From: Candidatus Moanibacter sp. | GTDB lineage: Bacteria; Verrucomicrobiota; Verrucomicrobiia; Opitutales; UBA2987 | Direction of reading: 5' to 3' | NCBI GenBank assembly: GCA_965226025.1 | Contig: CBDDCD010000003.1 | Location: forward strand, 1,382,077 to 1,446,076 | Length of the DNA: 64,000 nt | Part shown: positions 1 to 10,495 of the stretch, piece by piece | How the letters are laid out: the number at the start of each line of letters is the position of its first letter | How positions within the stretch are numbered: the first letter of the stretch is position 1 | Translations under genes and position numbers: made by a program | Notes under the pieces: generated by a model | Databases searched by the model: none | Told to the model about the DNA's origin: nothing | Seen by the model: the letters and a program-made list of their open reading frames with translations, nothing else

Positions 1-317
1 TACCATGCAAAGCGGAATTGGGAAAGGATGACGGTTCCGTTGCTTATTTGGGCGATGCCCGGACACTCCGTCCCGTACCAATCGAAATCCGGTGCAAAGC
101 CAGGCTGAGACCAGGATCTGCCTTGATCGCTGGAGCGCGACAACAACGTACGAAAAAGAGGATCCCCCGGTGGGTGCATGCGAGGATCCCTGCGTCTCGA
201 ATGGTTGAAGGCCGCCAGCCAGTCGCCATTCTTGAGGACGGCAATGGAAGGATGGGAGATATAGGCCCAAGGATCTCTGTGGATCGTTACGGTTTGACGG
301 ACGGTTGGCATAGCCAT
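1..317 (-). CDS. Sialidase/BNR (Asp-box) repeat beta-propeller protein, 5' part (runs off window start)
   Basis: Manual translation from ATG at 317: MAMPTVRQTVTIHRDPWAYISHPSIAVLKNGDWLAAF...SRSSDQGRSWSQP (Asp-box SxDxGxSW). Open to the window edge; absent from the ORF track. Confidence 0.75.
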   Translation of the reverse strand, partial: MAMPTVRQTVTIHRDPWAYISHPSIAVLKNGDWLAAFNHSRRRDPRMHPPGDPLFRTLLSRSSDQGRSWSQPGFAPDFDWYGTECPGIAQISNGTVILSQFRFAW

Positions 318-1005
318 GTTGGGTAAGAGAGCATCGAGAAGTGTCAATGTTTAGTTGGGCACACTTCGTCCCCACACTTCGTCGGAAACACTTAGTCTTT
401 CCACTTAATCCCTGCAAAACGAATCGACTATGTGTTGTGTTCAGTCCGAATCAAAAGTTGACACGAATTCATAGGTTTCGGGTGTCAGGTCTCAGGAGAT
501 TAACACTCTCGTGAAACTCCCCTGTCGTGATCTGCAATCGAAAAGCACGAAGCGATCGCAGAGCACGATTCAGATCACAAGCGCAGGACGCCTTGCGACT
601 TCTCTCCCTTCGTCTAGTGAGCTCGAATCCATCGGCAGAACATCCAGAAACGGCACCGTTTCATTCTGTTGAAAGCAGCAACCCGTGCCTCTGATATTGC
701 TTAGTCGCTACACGTCGTTGTCCAACGTCCAACGTCCAAAAGCAAAGTCCGGCCGCGGGTGACCCTTTTAACAGGACGAAACTTGCTTGGGTGAGAGTTT
801 GAGCCTTCGATATTGGATATTCTGGGGCAGACTTCTGACTTACGGGTAGTTTCGGGAGAGGATGATGAGAAATTCGAGATTGAAACGACCAACTTTACGA
901 CGAAGCTTGCGGCAAGGAGTGACCTTGCTGAAACTTGACACACGCGACTCGCAATCTTCCAATCCGTGAACCGGAAACCGTGATTTTTGAACCCCATTCC
1001 CTGCC

Positions 1006-1931
1006 ATGAAACCCCTCCTCCGCACGGAGCCTTTTATTATCAACAAGAATCTGGGCAGCCCGCTGCTGACCAGAACCGAGGATTTGACGTCGACAAATGC
1101 GGATGGGTTACCCGTGGTGCAATTGACGCAGCGCCAGAAGTATGATTTCGACAGAGATGGATGGCTATTGATTCCCGGGGTCCTCTCGAAGACGGAGCTG
1201 GCCGAAATGTGCGAATTCGCCGAACGTCTAAATAGAGATCCTGAGAGCATACCGGAGCCGGAACGATGTGGCCTGGGCGGTCCCCTCCAAATTCTGGCTG
1301 ACCATCCGATCGTGTTGGGATTTCTCAACGAATTCCTGGCCTATCCTCCGCTTAGCAACGAAGCGAGCTACGGTTTCAGACTCGAGACCTCCCATTTGAT
1401 TTTTCGATCGACGCGTGAGAACGTTCAACGAGCATTCAGTCCTCACAATGGAAACGGCCTCTTCCGTCCCCCTTGGGATTCTCACTACTATCGGATGGTT
1501 CCGGGCAAGGCCTGGAGCGGATTGACGCGCGTCGTCTGGGAACTCAATCCGGTCCGGAAGGGATGTGGGGCACGCTGTTGCTGACGGGTAGTCATAAATC
1601 CGCCTATCCAGCGCCCGATTCGGCCAACGTTCCTGAGTCGGACCTCTGGGACACTTACGGTTGTCCGGCGGGATCGGTGCTGTTTTTTACGGAGGCTTTG
1701 TCGCACAGTGCATCTCAGTGGACCGACGAGGAATACGATCGTCTCGCGATATTCAATCTCTACAACACAGTCATGAATCGGTGGAATAACTGGCTGCCCC
1801 ATCCGGACCTCCTTGAGGCAATGCCGGAAAAGCGGCAGTCCCTATTCAGGGAGGTCGCGGCGAACGAAAACGTGCGTGGTGGACTCATGAAAGAAAGGAC
1901 CTCGGCCTACGCGGAAGATTGGGAGGGGTGA
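1006..1931 (+). pseudogene. Phytanoyl-CoA dioxygenase (PhyH) family protein, split by a single-base frameshift near 1566-1570
   Basis: ORF 1006..1584 (FDRDGWLLIPGVLS) continues in another frame as GTLLLTGSHK...PAGSVLFFTEALSH (1473..1931). One extra G in the GGGG run would join them. Could be a sequencing error. Confidence 0.75.
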
Positions 1932-2114
1932 CGATGGATGGTTCGGAGGGATGCTTTTCGAAAGAAGCAGAAGGGGAAGAAACGGAGATGGGGAGACAGC
2001 GAGAGGAATTCCAGTGATTTCGGTGAAAGAATGGATAGCGAGTGTTGACAGTTTTGAAAGAGGCGGATTGGAGGATCGACTTTTCTTCGCCAAGACTTCG
2101 CCCGGGCAGGAGAG

Positions 2115-2262
2115 GCGGCGCGTCCGGAGGCCACGCCCTACCTCCTTTTAGGTCTTCGAATCAGGAAAGATCGATTGTGGATGGCACGGAACGAGTGCCA
2201 GGATGATTGAACAGCATGCAATCACCCGTGAGGTGGTAGGGCGTGGCCTCCGGACGCGCCGC
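2115..2262. repeat. Inverted pair of GTAG-type REP-like palindromes (2115-2146 and 2231-2262)
   Basis: GGTAGGGCGTGGCCTCCGGACGCGCCGC and its reverse complement; the same unit recurs at 8462, 10348, 18221, 18318 and 59904. Confidence 0.8.
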
Positions 2263-2272
2263 AGAGGATCTT

Positions 2273-2386
2273 ATGACAACTGACGTAAAGACCTTTCCTT
2301 CCATTATCAACAAGAGCATGGGCCGGCCGATGGCCCCTTTCGAGGATGAGTTCCCGAAGTACAACGGTGACGGTCTGCCTATCGTA
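2273..2386 (+). pseudogene. N-terminal stub of a PhyH paralog, cut off by the 38-bp palindromic element
   Basis: MTTDVKTFPSIINKSMGRPM...NGDGLPIVE aligns with the N-terminus of the 1006 gene (FIINKNLGSPL...NADGLPVVQ). Confidence 0.7.
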
Positions 2387-2424
2387 GAGGCTGTCCCAAA
2401 TCCTCTCGGATTTGGGACAGCCTC
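2387..2424. mobile_element. 38-bp palindromic mini-element derived from the right end of the IS5/ISNCY-like IS
   Basis: GAGGCTGTCCCAAATCC-TCTC-GGATTTGGGACAGCCTC; each arm equals the IS terminus at 8513 and 47876. Flanked by TATCGTA and TATCTA. Confidence 0.8.
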
Positions 2425-2839
2425 TATCTAGCCCGCTTTTCTCTCAAATCTTTGAAGACCCGTTGGCGATTTGATGACTCATCCTTTGCCTTGCGCTAGG
2501 TTGAGGTCAAAAAGCGGGCTAACCAACGGAATGACACAGAAAATCTTGAGGAGTTTCAGCATCCGACATTACTTTCGGCGTCGAACCATTGGGGTGGTTT
2601 ACACTACACACTGTGGCAGCGAAGGGCCGAATACTCATTCGAGACATATCCATAAGACTTTCAAATTCAAGATCTTCTGTGTCATTCCGTTAAAAGCCTG
2701 GAAATCGTGTGAGATTTCCAGGCTAGCGGTGCCGAAGCTTCAGGAGAGTGTATGGATCTCTCTTCTCCGTGTCCGTGGCCTCGGTGGTTTGCTTCATGTC
2801 GTCTAAAATCGATCACCTATATAGATTCCATTTGCTAGG

Positions 2840-3259
2840 ATGATAACCTACCGAACCGATCTGAAGGGCGTCGACTGGGAGGTTCTGAAACAGGATCTCA
2901 TCGCGGACGACTTCCATAACGGCCGAACTACGACGCAGCTTCGTGGTCTCTCCTTCGATAACAGCGCCTTCGTCGCAATGGGCTTCGACGGTGACCGCTG
3001 TATTGCCAACGGGCGGTTATTGTCGGACGGCGTGAGCAATGCCTATGTTGTGGATGTTTGGACCCAGAGCGCCTATCGCGGGCAGGGAATCGGCCGAAAG
3101 ATCATGCAGATGCTGATCGATGCGGTCCCCGGTCAGCACATCTACGTTCAAGCAGACGATTCGGTCGGGTTCTACGAAAAGCTCGGTTTCGAAGAGCAGC
3201 CGAAAGGAATGAGATTGATCGTCGGGAAATATCTGCGAAACAACACCCGCGACGGATAG
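2840..3259 (+). CDS. GNAT family N-acetyltransferase
   Basis: Acetyl-CoA motif YRGQGIGRKIM and FYEKLGF. Confidence 0.85.
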   Translation: MITYRTDLKGVDWEVLKQDLIADDFHNGRTTTQLRGLSFDNSAFVAMGFDGDRCIANGRLLSDGVSNAYVVDVWTQSAYRGQGIGRKIMQMLIDAVPGQHIYVQADDSVGFYEKLGFEEQPKGMRLIVGKYLRNNTRDG

Positions 3260-3334
3260 GCAGGGAATGAAACATTACGTAATGTAGTTCGTAAGGTTTC
3301 GAAATAAGTGTGGGGCCGAAGAGAAAGTTTGCAG

Positions 3335-3602
3335 CGGATGAAAGAACAGCAACGGATGGGGAAGGAAGGACGCTTCATCCTTGAGTCTTAGTCGTAAGCC
3401 TCGTCGTAAGCCTCGTCGTAAGCTTGGTCGAGGAAACTCGAATCGAGATAGTAAGCTGTGGTTACCCGATTTGATTCTTTGTCGCGAGCTTTGGCGTGAG
3501 CTTTGTCGATTGGGTTGGAGGACGATATCGCAATCGATTCGGGGGGAAACGAAGACGGGAGAGAGAAAACGCAACGGATGAAAGAACAGCAACGGATGGG
3601 GA
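3335..3602. repeat. Intergenic short-repeat cluster
   Basis: CGGATGAAAGAACAGCAACGGATGGGGA twice (~3335, ~3575); tandem GTCGTAAGCCTC x3 (3391-3424); TTTGTCGCGAGCTTT motif also at ~17800 and ~56900-57180. Confidence 0.65.
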
Positions 3603-3915
3603 TGGGGAGAGATTCTGCAGCGGATTACAAGACGGCAGCGGATGGGGACCAAGGAAAGTTCCGACTTCGGTTCCTAGCAATGAGTGGGGAAAGAAGAGGG
3701 ATTGACCGCGGAAGCGCACGCTTCAGCGCGCAGCGGCGGGCAGCGGCGGGCATAGGCGTGCTGAAGAGGAATCCGCGGATTGAAATGCCAGGGAAAGAAG
3801 AGTCGCGAGTTTCGGCTGGGGAATTCTTGAACTCTATTCGTTGCCGTGCTTTCATCCGTTGCAAGCAATCAAGAGCAGCGAATGGGAAATAACCGCCAAA
3901 ACTCCTACACCTAGA

Positions 3916-6900
3916 ATGGCTTCCGAGCGCAAAAATCTATTACCGCGAATGGCGCTGAATCGGCCGGTCTCCGTCATTATGGCGCTGACTGCCTTGCTCG
4001 TAATCGGATACTTTGCCTACGTTCGCATCCCTCTCAACCTCTATCCTGAAGACTTAGAGAATCCGCGGATTTATGTGTGGGTTTCGTATCCTGACGCAGG
4101 TCCTATTGAGGTAGAGCAGAAGGTGACAAGACACCTGGAAGAAGCGGTTGCCACCGTTTCCGGATTGGACAAAATGAAAAGTTACAGTCGGATCCGACAG
4201 AACTCCACCAGTCTGAGGTTAGTATTTGTACCGGGCACGGATCTCAGCGTGGCTATGGCCGAGGTTAAGGACCGAATCGATCGGGTCAGGTCGAAATTGC
4301 CGGAAGAAATAGAGGATCCGAGGGTACGGCAATGGGACGCCGAAGATAGGTCCATCATCTGGGGCGGAAGTCATTTTTCAGATGACTTCGAGTCCGCCTA
4401 TTTCGTCATGGACCGCTACCTCCGTCCTACCCTGCAGCGAATTGAAGGCGTGGCCAACGTCGAAATCTGGGGTGGCCGACATAAGGCGATCCATATCGAG
4501 ATAAATCAGAAAAAAGCGCGCGCCCATGGCATAGAGCTTGGGCCCCTGGTCAATAGGATCCGCCGCGAGAACGTTAATCTCTCAGGCGGATACATCTATG
4601 AAGGAGGCAAAAAGATCCTGATGCGGTCCGCTGCCAAGTATAATGACGCGGAAGAGATTCGCGGCCTGCTGATCGACGCGGAGCATGATATTCGGCTGGA
4701 AGACATTGCCAAAGTCGAATTGCGCAGACCAAAGAAGGAATGGCTGTGGAGAGTCGATCAACGCGAGCAGATAGGTTTCGAAATTCACCGCGCAGCCGGC
4801 GGAAATATCCTGGAAATCAGTCGCAGGGTAAGAGCTGAGATTGAGAAATTTGAGTCCAATCCCCGATTCAGGGGTATGAGAATGGAGATTTTTTGGGATC
4901 AGGGGGAAGAGATCTTGCAGTCCGTAAACAATCTCAAGTCATCGGCACTTTGGGGAGGACTCTTTGCCCTCCTCATCCTCTATTCCTTTCTCCGGGCCTT
5001 TCGTATGACCTTGATCATATTCGCTGCTGTTCCCCTCTCGATCATGGCCACCTTAATAGCTCTCTATTTTTCGGGCTGGTCGCTCAATGTGGCGACCATG
5101 ATGGGATTGATGCTCAGTCTCGGTCTGGTCGTCGACAATGCCATCGTGATCGTGGAGAACATCTACCGCAAAAGGCAGAATCAGTTCACACCCCGCAAGG
5201 CTGCGATCGAAGGAACGGGAGAAGTGGGCCTCGCCATTACCATGGCAACCCTGACCACAATCGTGGTATTCGTGCCCTTGCTCCTATTGAGCGATGACCC
5301 CGATTTTTCATTCTGGATGTTTCGTATCGGGGTACCCGTAATCGTTGGACTGATCGCATCGCTTTTCATTGCGCTTCTCATTATTCCGTTGGCCACTCTG
5401 CGCCTGGCGACCAACCGTGTGAATTCGGAAATTCGCTCCATCAGCTGGTTGCGCAGCCACTATGAACGCATTCTGCGTCTGGTGCTGACCCGTCGTTTGG
5501 ATGCATTCATAATCGCATTGATTGCGCTACTGAGCATTCAGATTCCAATGAGCGGGATCAAGAAGGGTGATAAAGAACAGGGCGCTCAAAATGTAGTGAG
5601 GCTCAAGTTACTCATACCGCCTGGTTTGAGCATTGAAGAACAAGAGAGGAGCGTAGCCGGAATCGAGGAGGCGATTCTTGAAAAGAGGGAAGAGTATAAC
5701 CTCAAGAGAATCCGTTCTTGGACAAACCGAAACAGGAGCTATATCAGAATTGTCACTCATACGAATCCAAATGATACCTGGTATTCGGTGGCATGGAGCG
5801 ATCTATTGGAATGGACGGGGATCAAGGAAAAATCCCACCTCGATTATCTCGAAATTGTCCAGGATCTTAAGCAACGCCTCCTACTCCCGCCTGGGCATCG
5901 CTTACAGATCCAAGGGAGTGGAAATGACGGCAATGAGGATGACCGCCTGAAGATCAGCCTCTATGGAGAAGACTCACTCGTATTGATGAAATTGGTGGAG
6001 GAAGTAGAGCGTCGGTTGAAAATGATTCCGGACCTCATAGCCATCGAATCGGATATTGAGAGAGGAACCACAGAGTTGCGGGTGCGGTTGAACCGGGATC
6101 ACGTCAAAAAGTATGGAATCAATCCTCAAACCGTTTCGCAGACGATCGGCTATGCCTTGCGTGGTGTCACGGTTGGAAAGATCACTTCTCAAGGTGAGCG
6201 AGAGGTGGATATTCGTATGATGCTGGAAGAATCCGACAGGGAGAGCATACACAATTTGCTGAATATCGGTATACGCAATGGGGAAGGACAGGAAGTCCCC
6301 TTGGAATCCGTGGCCTCTGTATCTGTTCAAGAGAATCAGCCCGTTTTTGGCCGAAGGAATCGGCAATCCAACTTGAACGTAACTGCGATTGTGGCGAAAA
6401 GTGATTCAGAACGAATCTTTGCCCAAATCGAAAAAGTCATGGAGGGTTTCTATATGCCTCGCGGCTACCGTTGGGATAAAGGAGAGCGCTTCGTTCGACT
6501 CGAAAAGGCGGACAAATCACGTCGCTTCGCCATGGTGATGGCTGTAACGTTTGTCTTCTTGCTGATGGGAGTGCTCTTCGAATCCTTCATTCTCCCATTT
6601 TCAGTTATTGTTGCCGTACCCTTCGCCTTTCTCGGTGTCTATTGGACTCTATACCTCACCAACACGACGTTTGAACAAATGGCGGGCCTTGGCATGGTTA
6701 TCCTGATTGGAGTGGTCGTCAACAACGCCATCGTGTTGGTAGATCTGGTCAACCGATTGCGCCAGGAGGGACTGACGCGTCTGGATGCCTTGATTGAGGC
6801 CGGACGTCACAGATTTCGCCCGATCCTTATGACGACCTTTACGACCGCGGCCGGCCTAATCCCGATGGCGGTGGGAAATTCCCGTATGATCGGTCAATCC

Positions 6901-7074
6901 TATGCGCCCCTCGGCCGTACTATGATGGGCGGCCTGATCGCTTCGACGGCATTGACCCTATTTATTGTGCCGCTTTTTTATACTTTTTTTGATGATCTTC
7001 GGGAGTGGATCCGCCAGTTTTTCGGGAGCGCGATGTCGAGGGCGCCGGCGAGGTCGGAGTCATCGAGGACCTAG
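3916..7074 (+). CDS. RND efflux permease (AcrB/AcrD/AcrF family)
   Basis: About 1050 aa with GLVVDNAIVIVENI, GVVVNNAIVLVD and RFRPILMTT motifs. ATG 3916 preferred over TTG 3841. Confidence 0.92.
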   Translation: MASERKNLLPRMALNRPVSVIMALTALLVIGYFAYVRIPLNLYPEDLENPRIYVWVSYPDAGPIEVEQKVTRHLEEAVATVSGLDKMKSYSRIRQNSTSLRLVFVPGTDLSVAMAEVKDRIDRVRSKLPEEIEDPRVRQWDAEDRSIIWGGSHFSDDFESAYFVMDRYLRPTLQRIEGVANVEIWGGRHKAIHIEINQKKARAHGIELGPLVNRIRRENVNLSGGYIYEGGKKILMRSAAKYNDAEEIRGLLIDAEHDIRLEDIAKVELRRPKKEWLWRVDQREQIGFEIHRAAGGNILEISRRVRAEIEKFESNPRFRGMRMEIFWDQGEEILQSVNNLKSSALWGGLFALLILYSFLRAFRMTLIIFAAVPLSIMATLIALYFSGWSLNVATMMGLMLSLGLVVDNAIVIVENIYRKRQNQFTPRKAAIEGTGEVGLAITMATLTTIVVFVPLLLLSDDPDFSFWMFRIGVPVIVGLIASLFIALLIIPLATLRLATNRVNSEIRSISWLRSHYERILRLVLTRRLDAFIIALIALLSIQIPMSGIKKGDKEQGAQNVVRLKLLIPPGLSIEEQERSVAGIEEAILEKREEYNLKRIRSWTNRNRSYIRIVTHTNPNDTWYSVAWSDLLEWTGIKEKSHLDYLEIVQDLKQRLLLPPGHRLQIQGSGNDGNEDDRLKISLYGEDSLVLMKLVEEVERRLKMIPDLIAIESDIERGTTELRVRLNRDHVKKYGINPQTVSQTIGYALRGVTVGKITSQGEREVDIRMMLEESDRESIHNLLNIGIRNGEGQEVPLESVASVSVQENQPVFGRRNRQSNLNVTAIVAKSDSERIFAQIEKVMEGFYMPRGYRWDKGERFVRLEKADKSRRFAMVMAVTFVFLLMGVLFESFILPFSVIVAVPFAFLGVYWTLYLTNTTFEQMAGLGMVILIGVVVNNAIVLVDLVNRLRQEGLTRLDALIEAGRHRFRPILMTTFTTAAGLIPMAVGNSRMIGQSYAPLGRTMMGGLIASTALTLFIVPLFYTFFDDLREWIRQFFGSAMSRAPARSESSRT

Positions 7075-7263
7075 TCACAACCACATTGGTAACCGTCTGT
7101 CGTGAAATGCGCTTTGCCTCGGCGTAGCCTCGAACGACTATAAGACGGGTGAGCATTTGGACAAGCATACTGTTGACATCGAGCTCTCGATTCCGTCCGG
7201 ATTCCCGCATCTACGTTAGAGCTTCAGGTTAGCGCGGCCACCAGCCGTGCTGGACGACCGCTA

Positions 7264-8459
7264 GTGTCCTGACTCACAAATAAGCTTCTAAAACTTAATT
7301 ACCCGACAATTTCTCTCGTGCGCGTTTGATTTTCGCCAGAATCTCTTCGCCTTTGGCCTTCCACACATAGCATTTCGGATTCAAGTTGTGTTCGACGATA
7401 TACTCTTCGATGCATCGACATAATTCGCGCACGCTTTGGAAGCTTCCCTTGCAAATGGCTTGTTCGGAGATATCGCCGAAAAAGCGTTCCACTAAGTTCA
7501 TCCAACTGCTCGAAGTGGGCGTGAAATGCAATTCGATTGGGTTCGCTCCGTAGGCTTTCTGATGCTCTTTGTTGCGTCGCCCGATCCAATCCTTGACTTC
7601 TTGCTTCTTGTGGGTGGCATAGTTGTCCAGGATCACATGCAAGGTTAGCTCCTTCGGTGTTTCCCGATGAATCTGCTTCAGAAACCTGAGCCACTCGACA
7701 TGGGTGTGATTCTGCTCCAAGCGGCTAAAGACCTTGCCTTGCAGGTAGTCCAGGGCGGCAAATAAAGTCACCGTTCCATGTCGAATGTAATCGTGAGTGC
7801 GAGTCTGCGGACGGCCCGGACCCAGCGGCAAGGCCCGTTGGGTGCGCTCCAGCGCCTGACATTGGCTCTTCTCATCGCAGCAAAGCACCAGCGCCTTATC
7901 CGGCGGGTTCAGGTATAGCCCGATCACATCCCAGAACTTCTCCTCGAAGTTCTTATCGTTGGAAATCTTAAATACTCGGCTCTGGTGCGGTTTAAGCTCA
8001 TTCGCATTCCAGATGCGCTGCACGCTGGAGTGAGACATTCCCACCGCTTTGGCCATGGATCGGGTGGACCATCTTTGTCGGCTCTTAGGAGGCCGGGTAA
8101 CCTTCGTTATCACCTTCTCAATGCGATCCGTTGGAATCGACCGCTTTCGTCCGCGGCCGGGTTTATCCCTCAGTCCTTCAAGCCCGTTGCGGCGGAACCT
8201 AGCCGTCCACTTCGATACTTTCAACGAACTGCAGCGCAAGCGCCGGGCGACTTCCTCCTGGCCCAAGCCCGCCGCCCGCAAAAGAATGATTTCTGCCCTC
8301 TCGCTATCCCGTTTGCTGATTGTCGCCGCCTTTACTCGCCGCTCCAACTCTTGACGTTCCTCTGCAATCAGCATTACTGGTTCAATGGGTCTTCCCATCA
8401 CAACCGAAAGATATCACACCCGGATTAAATTATACAAGCTTAATTATGATACGGGACAC
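7264..8459 (-). mobile_element. IS630-family insertion sequence
   Basis: Imperfect TIRs GTGTCCTGACTCACAAATAAGCTT / GTGTCCCGTATCATAATTAAGCTT; TA duplication at 7262-7263 and 8460-8461 (CTAG target). Confidence 0.9.
7295..8401 (-). CDS. IS630-family transposase
   Basis: N-terminal HTH; CDEKSQCQALER, LDNYATHK and SSWMNLVERFF DDE motifs. Confidence 0.93.
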   Translation of the reverse strand: MMGRPIEPVMLIAEERQELERRVKAATISKRDSERAEIILLRAAGLGQEEVARRLRCSSLKVSKWTARFRRNGLEGLRDKPGRGRKRSIPTDRIEKVITKVTRPPKSRQRWSTRSMAKAVGMSHSSVQRIWNANELKPHQSRVFKISNDKNFEEKFWDVIGLYLNPPDKALVLCCDEKSQCQALERTQRALPLGPGRPQTRTHDYIRHGTVTLFAALDYLQGKVFSRLEQNHTHVEWLRFLKQIHRETPKELTLHVILDNYATHKKQEVKDWIGRRNKEHQKAYGANPIELHFTPTSSSWMNLVERFFGDISEQAICKGSFQSVRELCRCIEEYIVEHNLNPKCYVWKAKGEEILAKIKRAREKLSGN

Positions 8460-8512
8460 TAGGAGGTGGGCCGTGGCCTCCGGACGCGGAACAAAAGCCC
8501 GGTTCTATGTTA

Positions 8513-10330
8513 GAGGCTGTCCCAAATCCGAGAGGATTTGGGTGGAAGCCTGATACCGATATCAATCTTCGTCACGTTATGTAGACCACGACATGCCTTC
8601 CGTCCTCGGTAGCTTACCTTTTATCCGTTATGCACCTTTCCAGCACCCTTCCTCTCGCTTTGAGTCGATAGTTCTCCCAAGGAAGCGCCTCTGACTCGAT
8701 TCTTGGATCCCTATGCCGCCTGCGTTGCCTCTTTCTCATGTTCTTGCGCAAGTCTCTGCGCGATTTTCCATAGATTGTGGGACAGAACCGACCAGGCCAC
8801 GCTAAGGTTACGGTTGTCAAAGCCTTTGCTGCGTATCTTGCCCCCGTGCCATCGGTTCTTGAGCACTCCGATCCGGCCTTCGGTGCTCCCTCGTCGTCGC
8901 TGCAACCGGACAAAGCGCGGCTCCTCCATCCGCTCCTTGAGCTCTTGTGGATTGCGGGGCGTAAGGGCGTCAAAAATCCCCTCTGCCTGGGAGCCGCTTG
9001 CTGGCCGCCTTCGAGGCATAGCCCCGATCCCCACTGATCGCTTCGATCTTCTCCTCTAAAGCGAAGCCCTTTTGCCTCTCCAGACTTTCCCAAAGCTGCT
9101 TCAATTCGCTCGGGGCCTGCCCCCCATACAGTTTCCAGTCCAACAGATATCCCTCTGCGCTCTCGCATAAATAAAGGGTGTTGCCAAACTCCACCTCCCG
9201 ATCTGCCTTGCCTCGCACGATGACGTCAATCTCAGGTTCGTAGGCGCTCAGGATCTTCTCCTCATTCTTCACCTGCCGCCCCCCTATGATCCGTTCGTGC
9301 GCCTGTTTCATGACCTGCGGTATCTGCTCTAACATACCATCCATTCGCTCGATGATTCGGCTCGCCTTCTTCTCGGTGTAATCGCTTTGCATCCACATAG
9401 CTTCCAATAAGTCACGGTGGCGAAGGGCATGGCCCTCAATCTTCTTGAGCAATAGCTTCATCCGCCGCAGGATCCCTTTACGCGCTTTGCCCGCCTCCCG
9501 GCGCCGACGCGCATGCGTCATCTCCAGGCACCGTTTGTTCATCTCCCGAGCCAATCCCTTTGCTCCCTGGGGCATGCGCTGTTTCATTCCCGCCTGCCGG
9601 ATCAGACTGATCGCCTTGAGCAGCGTTGCTCCCACATCCTTGAGCAAGACCCAGTCCACGGGCCAGTGGATGTTCGCTTCCAGGCAAGTGGCGTCGATCA
9701 GGCATTCCCTCGTATCGATCGGCTTCTCTAATCCTGCCTCACCACAATGTTCAGCATTGCCCACCACCTCGGTCATCCTTGCATGCAGCTGTCTCAGATA
9801 CGCTTCGTCGAAGAATTTCGAATCCCGTTCCAGACTGCTCTTCGATATTTTCCGGATCCCGTCTACCTCACGCACCCGGCAAAAATTAGCCAGAAGCTCA
9901 CTGCGTCCCAACTCCTGCGACAGACAACGAAAGGATATCCCTCCGAGTAAATGACGCACCACCTCCACCCGCAGCGCTTTTATCGCTCTTAGAGCGCGTC
10001 GCTCCCGATCCTTCCCTCCCGCTTCATCCCATCCTTCCAAGGCTTTTACGATCGCCTCCCTTTCCAGCGAGGAGTCGATCAAAACCCGGTCAATCCGCTC
10101 CATTGTTTCCAGAAACACGGTGTAGTCTTTGCATCGAATGACTGGAGTTAGGGCTGGACGCAGGAAGCTTTGTACGGCAATATTTTTCATGAGAAGGGCG
10201 TGCTTTGTATTTGACTAACGCAAGCATAAGCGCCCTTTTTCGCCGGATCGAGCTTTTTGCAGCTCTATCCGGCCTTTTTTTTGCCCATAACTCATTAAAA
10301 ATCAATTGTTTCCACCACTGGGACGGGCTC
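8513..10330 (-). mobile_element. IS5/ISNCY-like insertion sequence, copy 1 (1818 bp), 7-bp TSD TATGTTA
   Basis: Ends GAGGCTGTCCCA / GAGCCCGTCCCA (imperfect TIR); TATGTTA at 8506-8512 and 10331-10337; near-identical inverted copy at 46060-47876; sits between two inverted REPs. Confidence 0.9.
8711..10190 (-). pseudogene. DDE transposase of IS copy 1, one-base insertion frameshift near 8990
   Basis: Identical to the 492-aa protein of 46200..47678 up to ASKRL, then shifts frame (GGCTCCCAGG vs GGCTCCAGG). Confidence 0.85.
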
Positions 10331-10495
10331 TATGTTAGAGGCTTCTGCCGTGTCCGGAGGCCCCGGCCCACGACTAGCTCTCATTTCGATAGATCCCGGA
10401 TCAATCGGGGTTTGAAACTTCCCCATACGGTTCCATTTTTCCGTCATCTTTATTGGTTCACCAACGGCCCCAAGTTCCGCATGGCCATTGAAGAT

